This document shows, piece after piece, positions 38,748 to 48,447 of a stretch of 64,000 bases of DNA. A program made the position numbers and the translations under genes. The notes under the pieces were generated by a model that saw only the letters and a list, made by a program, of their open reading frames with translations, was not told the origin of the DNA and ran no database searches. Source of the stretch: Gammaproteobacteria bacterium (GTDB lineage: Bacteria; Pseudomonadota; Gammaproteobacteria; JAADGQ01); NCBI GenBank assembly GCA_021648145.1, contig JAKITI010000004.1, forward strand, positions 63,848-127,847, written 5' to 3'. Position 1 is the first letter of the stretch. Every line of letters begins with the position of its first letter.

Positions 38748-39469
38748 CCATAAACGTTATTCTCATAGACGATGAAACTTTGGCGCAAGACGAGCTGGCA
38801 TATCTTTTGGAACGGCACGATGACTTTCGCATCGTTGCCCGATGTGAAGATGTTTTCTCTGCCCTGCGTAAAATTCGCGAACACAAACCAGATGCTATTT
38901 TTTTGGACATTATCATGCCCGGACAAGATGGTTTTACGCTGCTCGACTATATGGCGCCGGAGGAACACCACCCTCACGTCGTGGTTGCCACTGGAGGGGA
39001 AAGTGATTTTGCAGTGCGTGCCTATGCAGAGGGTGTGCTGGATTATCTAACAAAACCCATCGAAGAGGAGCGTTTTGATAAAGCGATAGAACGAATTAGG
39101 AGTCAGGTTTCAGACCCAAGTATCGAAGTACTCCCTTATCCAGATCGCATACTCGAAATTATTCCGTGTATTTTCAATCATCGAATAAAATTTATTAAAC
39201 CTAAAGAGATAGAATTTGTACGGTCTGATAGCCGTGGTATTTACGTCATATGTGCAGAAAAAGATTTTTATACCGAATTAACATTAGCTACTTTCGAGAC
39301 TAAAACCACACTCATTCGTTGTCATCGTCAACACATGATAAATCTTGTACATATTGACGAACTTATTCCACTGGAAAATGGTTTAGCAGAAATTAAAACA
39401 ATATCTGGGCATCGCGTTCCGGTCAGTCGTCATTATCTCAAATGTTTAAAGGAAAAATTAGGGGTGTAA
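38744..39469 (+). CDS. LytTR-family response regulator, second paralog
   Basis: 241 aa with a receiver domain (VILIDDETLAQDEL...AIFLDIIMP) plus a LytTR domain. It has a 4-nt overlap with lytS2. Confidence 0.85.
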   Translation: MTINVILIDDETLAQDELAYLLERHDDFRIVARCEDVFSALRKIREHKPDAIFLDIIMPGQDGFTLLDYMAPEEHHPHVVVATGGESDFAVRAYAEGVLDYLTKPIEEERFDKAIERIRSQVSDPSIEVLPYPDRILEIIPCIFNHRIKFIKPKEIEFVRSDSRGIYVICAEKDFYTELTLATFETKTTLIRCHRQHMINLVHIDELIPLENGLAEIKTISGHRVPVSRHYLKCLKEKLGV

Positions 39470-39647
39470 ACATGAACAGGACTACCGAAGGCGAAGAGAA
39501 GTAGATATGTTTAGTGACCCCAATGCCGGAATTGTTGAGGAGGTTCATTTTCCTCACAATAAAGCTGCCACTTAAAAAAGCATAAGGCGGCGACTATTGC
39601 ACAAAGCCGATCTGTTTAACGCAGTAAAAAATAGTTTAAATTTAATT

Positions 39648-40907
39648 TCAGGAAGAAGCTAAATGAACTTCTTCCTGACCTGCATCAGGGTTATTGAAAA
39701 CCTTCATCGAAATATTTCTTTCGCTGCGAGCAACAATCATAGATACGACCACATCTCCCGTCACATTCACGGCTGTGCGCATCATATCCAATATTCGATC
39801 TATTACCAGAATTAAGGCAATGCCTTCTATCGGCAAGCCGACTTGGCTAAAGACCATTGCTAACATTGCCAACCCAAGCCCGGGAATTCCAGCAGTACCA
39901 ATGGATGCCAATATCGTCATGGCAACGACGGTAAGATAATCTATGATGCCCAGATCTATTCCATAAACATTGGCAATGAATACCGTTGCTACGCCATGAG
40001 TAATGGCCGTGCCATCCATGTTAAGGGTTGCACCAAAAGGAACCACAAATGAAGCCGTTGCATGATCAATACCCAGTCGCTTTTTTGCAGTGTGTAGTGT
40101 GATGGGAATAGTCGCATTTGAACTTGCAGTACTAAATGCAAGCATCTGGGTCGAACGCATTTTTTTCATGAACATTAAGGGGCTAACATGACCAAATAAT
40201 TTTAATAAAAGCATCAAAGTACCCGTTGCATGAAAAATCAGCACAACAGCAACCAGACCAAAATAGCTGATCATGGGTGAGATTAAACTGAGCCCTTGTT
40301 CAGAAAATGTTTTGGCCATCAGTGCGAATATACCAATCGGTGCCACCCGCATGACAACATTGACGACTTGCATCATCACCACATTTAGCTTTTCAGCGAA
40401 CTCGGTGATGAGTTTTCCCCGCTCTCCAATCATCAGTACACAAACGGAAAAGAGGATAGTAAAAAATATTATTTGCAACATATTGCCTTCAACATAGGCG
40501 GCAATAGGGTTTCCTGGTATTAAATCAATAAAAACTTGAGTCCATGATAATACCGGCGGTGGAGGCAGTGTATTTTGGGGTATTTGTGTTATATCAAACC
40601 CCTGGCCTGGTTGGACAATGACTGCCACAGTCATGGCCAGTGTCGTTGCTAACGCCGTAGTCAGCATAAATAGTAGAAATGTTTTAGTTCCCACACGTCT
40701 AAGAATAGCCACATCGCCGATGCTGCAAACACCACAAATGAGAGAGAATGTGAGTAATGGAATCACAAGCATTTTTAATACATTAATAAAAATACTGCCC
40801 ACGACATGAAAAAGACCATCGACTAAATACTCTTGTATAAATACAGCATCATTTGTGAGTGTATTGATTAAGCATCCTGTGACCAGACCGAGGGTCATCC
40901 ACACCAT
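39648..40907 (-). CDS. dicarboxylate/amino-acid:cation symporter (DAACS/SDF family)
   Basis: 419 aa with the SDF signature FSTASSNATIPITL and a polytopic topology. Confidence 0.85.
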   Translation of the reverse strand: MVWMTLGLVTGCLINTLTNDAVFIQEYLVDGLFHVVGSIFINVLKMLVIPLLTFSLICGVCSIGDVAILRRVGTKTFLLFMLTTALATTLAMTVAVIVQPGQGFDITQIPQNTLPPPPVLSWTQVFIDLIPGNPIAAYVEGNMLQIIFFTILFSVCVLMIGERGKLITEFAEKLNVVMMQVVNVVMRVAPIGIFALMAKTFSEQGLSLISPMISYFGLVAVVLIFHATGTLMLLLKLFGHVSPLMFMKKMRSTQMLAFSTASSNATIPITLHTAKKRLGIDHATASFVVPFGATLNMDGTAITHGVATVFIANVYGIDLGIIDYLTVVAMTILASIGTAGIPGLGLAMLAMVFSQVGLPIEGIALILVIDRILDMMRTAVNVTGDVVVSMIVARSERNISMKVFNNPDAGQEEVHLASS

Positions 40908-41176
40908 AATTTTTGTGGTTATATTAATTTTTTTCTGCCCTGCTATTTAATAGCATATCCACTGCTAATGATAAAAAATAATTTGTTCTCAATTGGTCTT
41001 GGTTTTTAGAAATCATATTGAGCTAGGTGGGGGTATTTAATTTTGGACAAGGCTAATATATAGTGTTATGCGTTATAAATGGGACTTTGAGAGCATACTC
41101 TTGTGCAAAATCCTAATGATCTCAACAATATATTTCCGTATAATAGCCAGCCAAAAATCAAACTGGAGATTAAAAA

Positions 41177-41386
41177 TTGGATAGCCGTTTAATTGAGATT
41201 GAAACTCGTATCGCATTTCAAGATGATACTATTGAGCAACTTAATCAAATCGTCACGACACAACAACAGCAAATTGACCAGCTTCGTAAAGAGGTCACTG
41301 CCATTGCTGCAAGAGTTTCGGAGCCTAGTGTGGCGGCCTCTAATATTGCCACTCAAGCAGAAGAGACACCGCCGCCACACTATTGA
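41177..41386 (+). CDS. slyX: SlyX-family protein
   Basis: 69 aa. The N-terminus RLIEIETRIAFQDDTIEQLNQIV and the C-terminal tail SQAEETPPPHY match SlyX. Confidence 0.8.
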   Translation: MDSRLIEIETRIAFQDDTIEQLNQIVTTQQQQIDQLRKEVTAIAARVSEPSVAASNIATQAEETPPPHY

Positions 41387-41389
41387 GGC

Positions 41390-42700
41390 TTATGCTTTAC
41401 TCGGCTGCTGATGCGGTAAATGAACCTCTTCAATATGCCCAGCCGTTGGATCATTAAAAGTCTCCATTGAGATTTTATCTTCAGCACGAGCTACAATCGT
41501 AGTGATGGCTGCATCGCCAGTCACATTCACGGCAGTACGCATCATATCCAGCAAGCGATCCACACCCATGATTAAAGCAATGCCTTCAATAGGCAGGCCC
41601 ACTTGATTGAATACCATCGCCAACATAATCAAGCCAACACCTGGCACACCGGCAGTCCCAATGGATGCCAACACAGCCATACCAATTACAGTCAAATAAC
41701 CAGTAATGCCTAGATCAATGCCATAGACATTGGCAATAAATACCGTGGCAACACCTTGCATAATGGCCGTGCCATCCATATTAATGGTCGCACCGAATGG
41801 CACCACGAATGAGGCTGTCGAGTTATCTACACCCAAGCGTTTTTCTACGGTACGCAGTGTCACTGGAATGGTTGCATTTGAACTTGAGGTACTAAAGGCA
41901 AATATCTGTACCGAACGCATTTTTTTCAAAAACATTAGTGGGCTGACACGCCCTAATAGTTTTAGTAAAATCATTAAAGTGCCTGTTGCATGCAAGAGCA
42001 ACACAACAGCAACCACACCAAAATAACTGATCATCGGTAAAATCATACCCAAACCTTGCTCGGAAAATGTTTTGGCGATCAGCGCAAATACACCAATAGG
42101 AGCTGTATGCATAACCACGTCAACCACTTTCATCATCACTTCATTTAACCGCTCAGCACCATCAGCAATGGGTTTACCACGTTCGCCGATCATGAGCACA
42201 CAAACAGCAAATAAAATTGTAAAAAAGATAATTTGCAGCATATTGCCTTCGGCATAAGCGGCCACTGGGTTGCTTGGAACCAGATCAATAAACACTTGAG
42301 TCAATGGAGGTGCAGAATTCGCTACAAAAGTACTTTCTGCGGTGCTGCTCATATCAAAACCTTCACCTGGCCCTACTAACACGGCGACTGTGATCGCCAG
42401 AGTAATTGCCAGTGCGGTCGTCAACATAAAGAGTAGGAAGGCTTTTACACCCACGCGCCCAAGAACGCCTATATCTCCAATACCACATACACCACAAATG
42501 AGAGAAAATGTAACCAGTGGCACCACCAGCATTTTTAATGCGCTGATAAAAATGGCTCCGATAACATGAAAAAGCCCATTAACAAGATAGTCTTGAACAA
42601 ACGCGATATCACTCGCAAAGGCATTGATTAAACTGCCGACCACTAGACCACAAACCATCCAGATCATGATCTTTGTCGTCATACTCATTTTTTGCGACAT
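41390..42700 (-). CDS. dicarboxylate/amino-acid:cation symporter (DAACS/SDF family), paralog
   Basis: 436 aa and about 70% identical to the 39648..40907 protein, with motif FSTSSSNATIPVTL. Confidence 0.85.
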   Translation of the reverse strand: MSQKMSMTTKIMIWMVCGLVVGSLINAFASDIAFVQDYLVNGLFHVIGAIFISALKMLVVPLVTFSLICGVCGIGDIGVLGRVGVKAFLLFMLTTALAITLAITVAVLVGPGEGFDMSSTAESTFVANSAPPLTQVFIDLVPSNPVAAYAEGNMLQIIFFTILFAVCVLMIGERGKPIADGAERLNEVMMKVVDVVMHTAPIGVFALIAKTFSEQGLGMILPMISYFGVVAVVLLLHATGTLMILLKLLGRVSPLMFLKKMRSVQIFAFSTSSSNATIPVTLRTVEKRLGVDNSTASFVVPFGATINMDGTAIMQGVATVFIANVYGIDLGITGYLTVIGMAVLASIGTAGVPGVGLIMLAMVFNQVGLPIEGIALIMGVDRLLDMMRTAVNVTGDAAITTIVARAEDKISMETFNDPTAGHIEEVHLPHQQPSKA

Positions 42701-42830
42701 AAAATAGCTCCATAAATATCGTATTGAATTTGCGGTCGTAGTATACAGTAATTATTTCAGCAACTTTTTTCACACTTGTTAAAATACTGTTATCTAGGAT
42801 CATTATCAGAAATAAAGGGTACATATAAAA

Positions 42831-43376
42831 ATGGGAAACTCATTTCAGGATCAGTTTTTAAAAGCAGGGCTCGTTAATGAAAAACAGATCAAAAAATCCA
42901 AAAAATCCAAATATATAAAAACCAAGCAAGCGGGCAAAAAAAAGGTTGAAAAGGTTGTTGATGAAAATAAGCTACATGTTCAGCAAAAACTGAAAGAGCA
43001 AGCAGAGAAAGATCGTGAGCTGAACCTTGCAAGACAAAAAGAGGCGAATCTCAAAGCTATTTCAGCGCAGATCAAACAGTTGATTGATGTGCACCATCAA
43101 ATGGATATGATGGGCGAAACAGCCTACAACTTTACCGATGGCACTCTCATTAAAAAAATCTATGTGACTGATATAGCAGTAAAACAAATTGCGAATGGTC
43201 GGTTAGCCATCGTGAAATGGGAAGAGCAGTATAAAATTGTGCCCAAAGTGGTGGCAGAAAAAATTAGTGAACGCGATGAAAAATATATCATTCATCTCGA
43301 AACAGCCAGCAAATCTATTGATGATGACAATGATCTTTATGCGGACTACCAAATTCCAGATGATTTGATGTGGTAG
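42831..43376 (+). CDS. DUF2058 (YaiL-like) protein
   Basis: 181 aa with a Lys-rich N-terminus KKSKKSKYIKTKQAGKKK and the YaiL-like C-terminal block ...YVTD..........LAIVKWEE...P..VAEKI.ERDE. Confidence 0.55.
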   Translation: MGNSFQDQFLKAGLVNEKQIKKSKKSKYIKTKQAGKKKVEKVVDENKLHVQQKLKEQAEKDRELNLARQKEANLKAISAQIKQLIDVHHQMDMMGETAYNFTDGTLIKKIYVTDIAVKQIANGRLAIVKWEEQYKIVPKVVAEKISERDEKYIIHLETASKSIDDDNDLYADYQIPDDLMW

Positions 43377-43587
43377 TTATTTTTGTATAAAAGCTGAGAA
43401 TTGTTAAGCCCTTGCGACCTGGGTGGCTGTTGCTATTTGCTAATAGTTAGTGTTAAATTTCGCCCTGTTTAAAATGACCTTTAAGTAATTATAGATTTTT
43501 ATTTTACTTCGCAAGTTAGTGTCCATGCTGGGCGTGCGCAAGGAAGACGAATTAGTCGTCAGTTTTAAAAACGGAGACTCTTAGTTA

Positions 43588-45876
43588 GTGGTTTGGATAT
43601 ATTTAACATTTTTCTTGGCAGGATTCCCTGCGCTCATTTATCAACTGGTTTGGCAACGGTCACTCTTTACATTTTTTGGCACAAACATTGAATCAGTGAC
43701 TGTCGTAGTGACTGCATTTATGTTGGGGCTGGGGATTGGAAGTTTGCTGGGTGGGCGTATCTCCAAATATGCTAAAATTAGCCCGTTGCTTGCATTTGCT
43801 TTTATGGAGTTTGGAATTGCAACTTTTGGGATTTTCTCTATCTCACTGTTTGATTATGTGGGTGCAACAACAGCAGGAAGTTCAGCGTTTACCGTCTTCT
43901 TTATTGCCTTCCTTCTCGTGCTTGTCCCAACCCTTTTAATGGGCGCAACCCTGCCCATTCTCACCGCATATCTGGTTAATAAAGTGAGCAATGTTGGCCG
44001 CTCAGTGGGGGTTTTATATTTTGTAAATACTTTAGGTTCTGCTTCGGCCTGTTTTCTTGCTGCCATCTGGTTGTTCGCAAGCTTTGGCATGTCAGGTGTC
44101 GTAAATATTGCTGTTATATTAAATATTGTGGTTGGAGCGGGTGCGCTTTTGTTGTGGCTTGTTAATAGTAGAAAAACTAAAGTAATAAGTAATATAGCTG
44201 AGGTTAAGCAGTCAGAGCCTCACGCAACTATTATCGACTTTCGTTTAGGTTTAATACTTGCTGCTTCTGTAGGCTTCATTGCTCTTTCATATGAAATCTT
44301 ATGGCTTCGTGTAATCATGTTTACCTCGGCAGGCTGGGCATTGGCATTTCCAATATTTCTTGGGTTTTTTCTGTCTGGAATAGCAATAGGCTCCTATGCT
44401 GCTCGAAAGTTTTGTCGCAGTGGTGTTATTGAGTTCCCTAAAAAACACCTGAAAACCTTAGCCTGGTTTCTGTTTTGTGCGAATCTGGTCGGGTTTAGTA
44501 CAATCCCTATACTGACTCAAGTCATTACCAGCGGTGTTGCTGCGTCTGTTGTTTTTTTTGTATTCGTGGCATTGAGTGCTGCAATGTTCGGAGCAGTCTT
44601 ACCATTAGTCGCGCACTATAGCGTTCCTGCAGATAGTAATTCAGGCTCAAAATTAAGCTATTTGTATATGGCGAATATTGTGGGTTCAGCGGCTGGGAGC
44701 TTGTTTACGGGCTTCATCCTTCTTGATAATTTTTCTATTGGCTATGTTAATACCTTCTTAGCTTTACTGGGTCTTTTGTTGGCATTCATATTGTTCGTTT
44801 CCAACAGAGATTCAGGCTCAAAAAACTATGGAATTGTTGCAACGGTCGTAGTGGCGCTTCTGTTTGTAGTATTGCAACCCAGTTTATTCAATCATGTTTA
44901 CGAACGATTGCAACTTAAACAAGGCTATAACGGACAAGCCTTTGCCCGTGTTATTGAAAATAAGAGTGGTGTCATCACGGTTAAAGAGGATGGTTCAGTC
45001 TGGGGTGGAGGTGTTTATGATGGTATTTTTAGCACGAGCCTTGTCGATGATAAAAATGGCATTGTTCGTGCTTACTCACTGTTTGCTGTTCATGACTCTC
45101 CAAGCAGGGTATTAATGATTGGTCTCGCTTCTGGCGCATGGGCGCAGGTTGTTGCCAATAATCCAGCGGTTGAAAAACTGACTATCGTTGATATTAATGA
45201 GGGGTATGTAAGTATAATTTCTGAGAACCCTGTCGTTTCTTCACTATTAAACAACCCCAAGGTTGAGATTATTATTGATGATGGCCGACGCTGGTTGAAC
45301 GCAAACCCGAACCAGATGTTTGATGTCATCATATCGAATTCAACCCTTCACTGGCGCGCATACGCGAGTAATTTATTATCGCAGGAGTATATTGAGCTTG
45401 AAATGTCTCATATAAATCCTGGTGGAATCGTTATGTATAATGGTACTTGCGCCCCCGAAGTATATAAAACAGCCGTCGAAACCTTCCCTTATGCACTGCG
45501 TTTTCTTTCAATGGCTATTGGTAGTAACGAACCGATTCAATTTAATAAAGAGCGTTGGAGAAATACTCTTGAAAATTACAAGATTGATGGTAAGCCAGTA
45601 TTTGATTTGAATAATGAAATTCACCGATCCAAACTTGAGACTATCCTCTCTCTTCCAGAGCAAAAAGCACCAGGAGATGCCCAGGCGAGTATTTATTCAT
45701 CATCAGATTATTGTTATGACTATCAACTCGCATTGGAAACAAAGGATGTTTTACTGCAAAACACAAAAAACTACACCAAAATAACGGATGACAATATGGG
45801 GACGGAGTGGCACCGGCAGCCCTGGAAAGATATTGTTGGCAATAAAGCGACTTACAATTCTCAAACAGCAAAATAA
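43588..45876 (+). CDS. spermidine-synthase-like membrane fusion protein (polytopic N-terminal domain plus aminopropyltransferase-like domain)
   Basis: 762 aa. About 400 aa of TM helices are followed by a SpeE-like domain VLMIGLASGAWAQVVANNPAVEKLTIVDINEGYV...IIIDDGRRWL. Confidence 0.7.
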   Translation: MVWIYLTFFLAGFPALIYQLVWQRSLFTFFGTNIESVTVVVTAFMLGLGIGSLLGGRISKYAKISPLLAFAFMEFGIATFGIFSISLFDYVGATTAGSSAFTVFFIAFLLVLVPTLLMGATLPILTAYLVNKVSNVGRSVGVLYFVNTLGSASACFLAAIWLFASFGMSGVVNIAVILNIVVGAGALLLWLVNSRKTKVISNIAEVKQSEPHATIIDFRLGLILAASVGFIALSYEILWLRVIMFTSAGWALAFPIFLGFFLSGIAIGSYAARKFCRSGVIEFPKKHLKTLAWFLFCANLVGFSTIPILTQVITSGVAASVVFFVFVALSAAMFGAVLPLVAHYSVPADSNSGSKLSYLYMANIVGSAAGSLFTGFILLDNFSIGYVNTFLALLGLLLAFILFVSNRDSGSKNYGIVATVVVALLFVVLQPSLFNHVYERLQLKQGYNGQAFARVIENKSGVITVKEDGSVWGGGVYDGIFSTSLVDDKNGIVRAYSLFAVHDSPSRVLMIGLASGAWAQVVANNPAVEKLTIVDINEGYVSIISENPVVSSLLNNPKVEIIIDDGRRWLNANPNQMFDVIISNSTLHWRAYASNLLSQEYIELEMSHINPGGIVMYNGTCAPEVYKTAVETFPYALRFLSMAIGSNEPIQFNKERWRNTLENYKIDGKPVFDLNNEIHRSKLETILSLPEQKAPGDAQASIYSSSDYCYDYQLALETKDVLLQNTKNYTKITDDNMGTEWHRQPWKDIVGNKATYNSQTAK

Positions 45877-45883
45877 TATCCGT

Positions 45884-46876
45884 TTAATTGCTGGTGTTAC
45901 GCGAGCCACGAAACCAGGGAATCAACAGTAATCCCAGTCCAATTCCTAGTGGAAAAGAATATATTTCCTGGGGCTGTATTAATGGGTTTTCTTCAATGGG
46001 GAGTGTTTCAAGCCGCTCAATGTCTTTGATAATTTGTTGCATGCTTTCTATATCAATCGCATGGTAATAACGCCCTCCTGTTTCTGTTGCGATGTCTCGT
46101 AGAGTAGTTTCATCCAGTGGCAGTTCAGCCATTTCGGGGGATTCGATAGGGCCACGGGGGAAAGGAACAGCGCCCTGTGAACCGATACCGACGGTATAGA
46201 TCCGTATGCCGTGTTTGTGAGCGAGCAGTGCAGCATCAAGAGGTTGAATGATCCCGGCTGTATTGGTGCCGTCGGTGAATAAAATCAATATTCGATTGGG
46301 ATGTTCGTGGTCTTGCAGGCGCTTCACTGCCAGCATCATGGCGGTACCGAGTGCGGTCTTTTCACCGGCAATACCATTTCTGATCTGCCCAATGAGTGTT
46401 TTCAACAGTCCTAAGTCAGTTGTAATAGGCGTGAGTGTGAAAGCATCATCGGCAAAGATAATCAAGCCTGCACGGTCTCCCTGACGATTGTTTAAGAACT
46501 CAGTCACAACACGTTTCAGCATATCTAGGCGACTGACCTGAGTGTTGTCGATGGTGTAATCAAGTGCGCGCATGGAGCCTGAAAGGTCAATGGCTAACAT
46601 AAAATCACGGCCTTGCCCTTGATGCTCACTGACACTAAACCATTGAGGTCTGCAAAGGGCTGTGATTAATAACATGCAGCCAATAAGCCAAAACCAAGGA
46701 GGTTGTTTATTAACGCTCGCACTGTTTGATAGCTGGCTCAGGAGTGCGGTTTGGGGATGAATGATGGCTGGACGATGAGGTTCTGCTCTGTCTTTTATAA
46801 AACGCATAGAGGCTTGCCATAGTAACCAGGGCAGTGGCAGAGCAAGCAGCCAGAGTGGTGTCGCTAGTTGCAACAT
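45884..46876 (-). CDS. BatA-type von Willebrand factor A domain membrane protein
   Basis: 330 aa with an N-terminal TM helix and a vWA MIDAS motif DLSGSM. Confidence 0.75.
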   Translation of the reverse strand: MLQLATPLWLLALPLPWLLWQASMRFIKDRAEPHRPAIIHPQTALLSQLSNSASVNKQPPWFWLIGCMLLITALCRPQWFSVSEHQGQGRDFMLAIDLSGSMRALDYTIDNTQVSRLDMLKRVVTEFLNNRQGDRAGLIIFADDAFTLTPITTDLGLLKTLIGQIRNGIAGEKTALGTAMMLAVKRLQDHEHPNRILILFTDGTNTAGIIQPLDAALLAHKHGIRIYTVGIGSQGAVPFPRGPIESPEMAELPLDETTLRDIATETGGRYYHAIDIESMQQIIKDIERLETLPIEENPLIQPQEIYSFPLGIGLGLLLIPWFRGSRNTSN

Positions 46877-47101
46877 CTATTTGCTAAAAAAGTTCTGAAT
46901 GACTGCCGCACCGTTCAAGTTTTACCAAACATGTCACGTAATTCATCAAGAGTTACTTTTTCATGTTGTTCATTAAAAGCATTAATGGTTGTTTGGTTTG
47001 GGATTTTTAGTTCAGGGTTTAATTTTTTTCTAACCGTAGCATCTATCGGAGTAGCGACCATGATTATATCTCTTTCAGTAGTTTGCTGGAATCCAAGTGT
47101 A

Positions 47102-47554
47102 CTATATATTGATACGTTCAATTTCATTGCTTTGCAACCACTGCTCGATGGTTTTAAATAGATCAGGGGTGATTTTTTGGTGGCTGTTGTTTTTATAGCG
47201 CAGTCTGTCTAGTTGCTTAACTGTTTTGCACCACTCTTGCTCATTTATTGTCAGCATGGAGGGCGGTGTGGTGGGTAAGTTGGGCAGTTGCCAGTGGTGG
47301 CGTAAGATTGAGGCAAGCCAGTATGCGGTCAATCGATTGTCCAGCTCGCCCGTTTGCCACTGTTTCTGTATTCGTTTAAGTTGGTTTTGTGGTGAAATAG
47401 TGGTGGGCTGACTTTTTCTAAACTTCCAGATAAAGCCACCACAGATAAACAGGAGCCCGATCGTAATCAGCATAATCATGGGCCACCACGTGGGCGCTTC
47501 GGGCGGCACAATATCAGCCATTTGGGCGAGCGATGCTAATGGGTCCATTGCCAC
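47102..47554 (-). CDS. DUF4381-like small membrane protein (Bat-operon component)
   Basis: 150 aa with a single TM helix (WWPMIMLITIGLLFICGGFIW). It sits between the DUF58 and BatA genes, as is typical for these clusters. Confidence 0.5.
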   Translation of the reverse strand: MAMDPLASLAQMADIVPPEAPTWWPMIMLITIGLLFICGGFIWKFRKSQPTTISPQNQLKRIQKQWQTGELDNRLTAYWLASILRHHWQLPNLPTTPPSMLTINEQEWCKTVKQLDRLRYKNNSHQKITPDLFKTIEQWLQSNEIERINI

Positions 47555-48447
47555 TTCTGGAGTTGTTTGAACGTCTCTTGTGCCGTTGATAGCATGTGAT
47601 AAGGGATGGCTGCTTTTTTGAAGCAGGTGAAAAGTTCGCTGCGTCCGAGTGTCATGGCGTGTTCGTATCGCTGGCGTAATTTTTTATCACAGGTATCAAT
47701 CTGGCTGGCTTTTCCCGTGAGTGGGCAGACGATATTCATGGTTCCGATATTTTTCAATTGCTCTTCGGCAGGGTCGGTAATATATATCGCTGCAACCTCT
47801 TGTTGTAAAGCTAGGTGTTGTAATCGCTGTTGAGAGCTTTCAATGAGTTGAACGAAATCACTGATGAAAATGGTGCTGCAAGCGTTTCCACCTAAATGCT
47901 CTATAGTTGTAAATAGTTGCTGCCAAGAACTCTGGTTTTTCGGTGTTGTGGCGGGTTGAAGTGGTTTTGATATGGCTCTTAATAAAGGTAGAAGAGTTTC
48001 ATTCGTTCGGGCGGCTGGGTAAATAGAAACTCCATCTTCAATCACAATGCCTAAAACTTCTTCGCTGTTGGCAATGGCAGAGAAGGCTATAATTGCGGCA
48101 GCACGTGCTGCCACGGTTGCCTTCAGATCAACGGTTGTACCAAACGCCATCGTTTGGCGACGATCGACCACAAGCAGCAATTTACGCTGACGTTCTTCTT
48201 GAAATACCTTAGTGGTGGCTTTGCCACTGCGAGCCGTTGCGCGCCAGTCCAAATGCCGTAAATCATCACCTGCTTGATAAGCCCGAGTATCAACCCAGTC
48301 CATGCCATGACCGCGATAAAGTGACTTGTAACGGCCTGACAATGCGGTTTGTCCACGCGCATGAAGTGGGGTGTTATTCAGCAAACAGCTCCGTAACTGG
48401 CTAAGTTCGCTGGGTGAAATCAGAGGGGGAAGGTTGCTTGCTTTCAT
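47536..48447 (-). CDS. DUF58 protein (MoxR-partner family)
   Basis: 303 aa with the DUF58 hallmark [20 protein letters not shown]. Confidence 0.7.
   Translation of the reverse strand: MKASNLPPLISPSELSQLRSCLLNNTPLHARGQTALSGRYKSLYRGHGMDWVDTRAYQAGDDLRHLDWRATARSGKATTKVFQEERQRKLLLVVDRRQTMAFGTTVDLKATVAARAAAIIAFSAIANSEEVLGIVIEDGVSIYPAARTNETLLPLLRAISKPLQPATTPKNQSSWQQLFTTIEHLGGNACSTIFISDFVQLIESSQQRLQHLALQQEVAAIYITDPAEEQLKNIGTMNIVCPLTGKASQIDTCDKKLRQRYEHAMTLGRSELFTCFKKAAIPYHMLSTAQETFKQLQKWQWTH

Noticed and set aside
46915-47161. Small ORFs (70 aa on the minus strand, 97 aa on the plus strand) in the gap between the DUF4381 and BatA genes.
   Set aside because: The two candidates overlap on opposite strands, and neither has a recognisable motif or RBS. 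The gap may be a decayed gene, so I left it uncalled.
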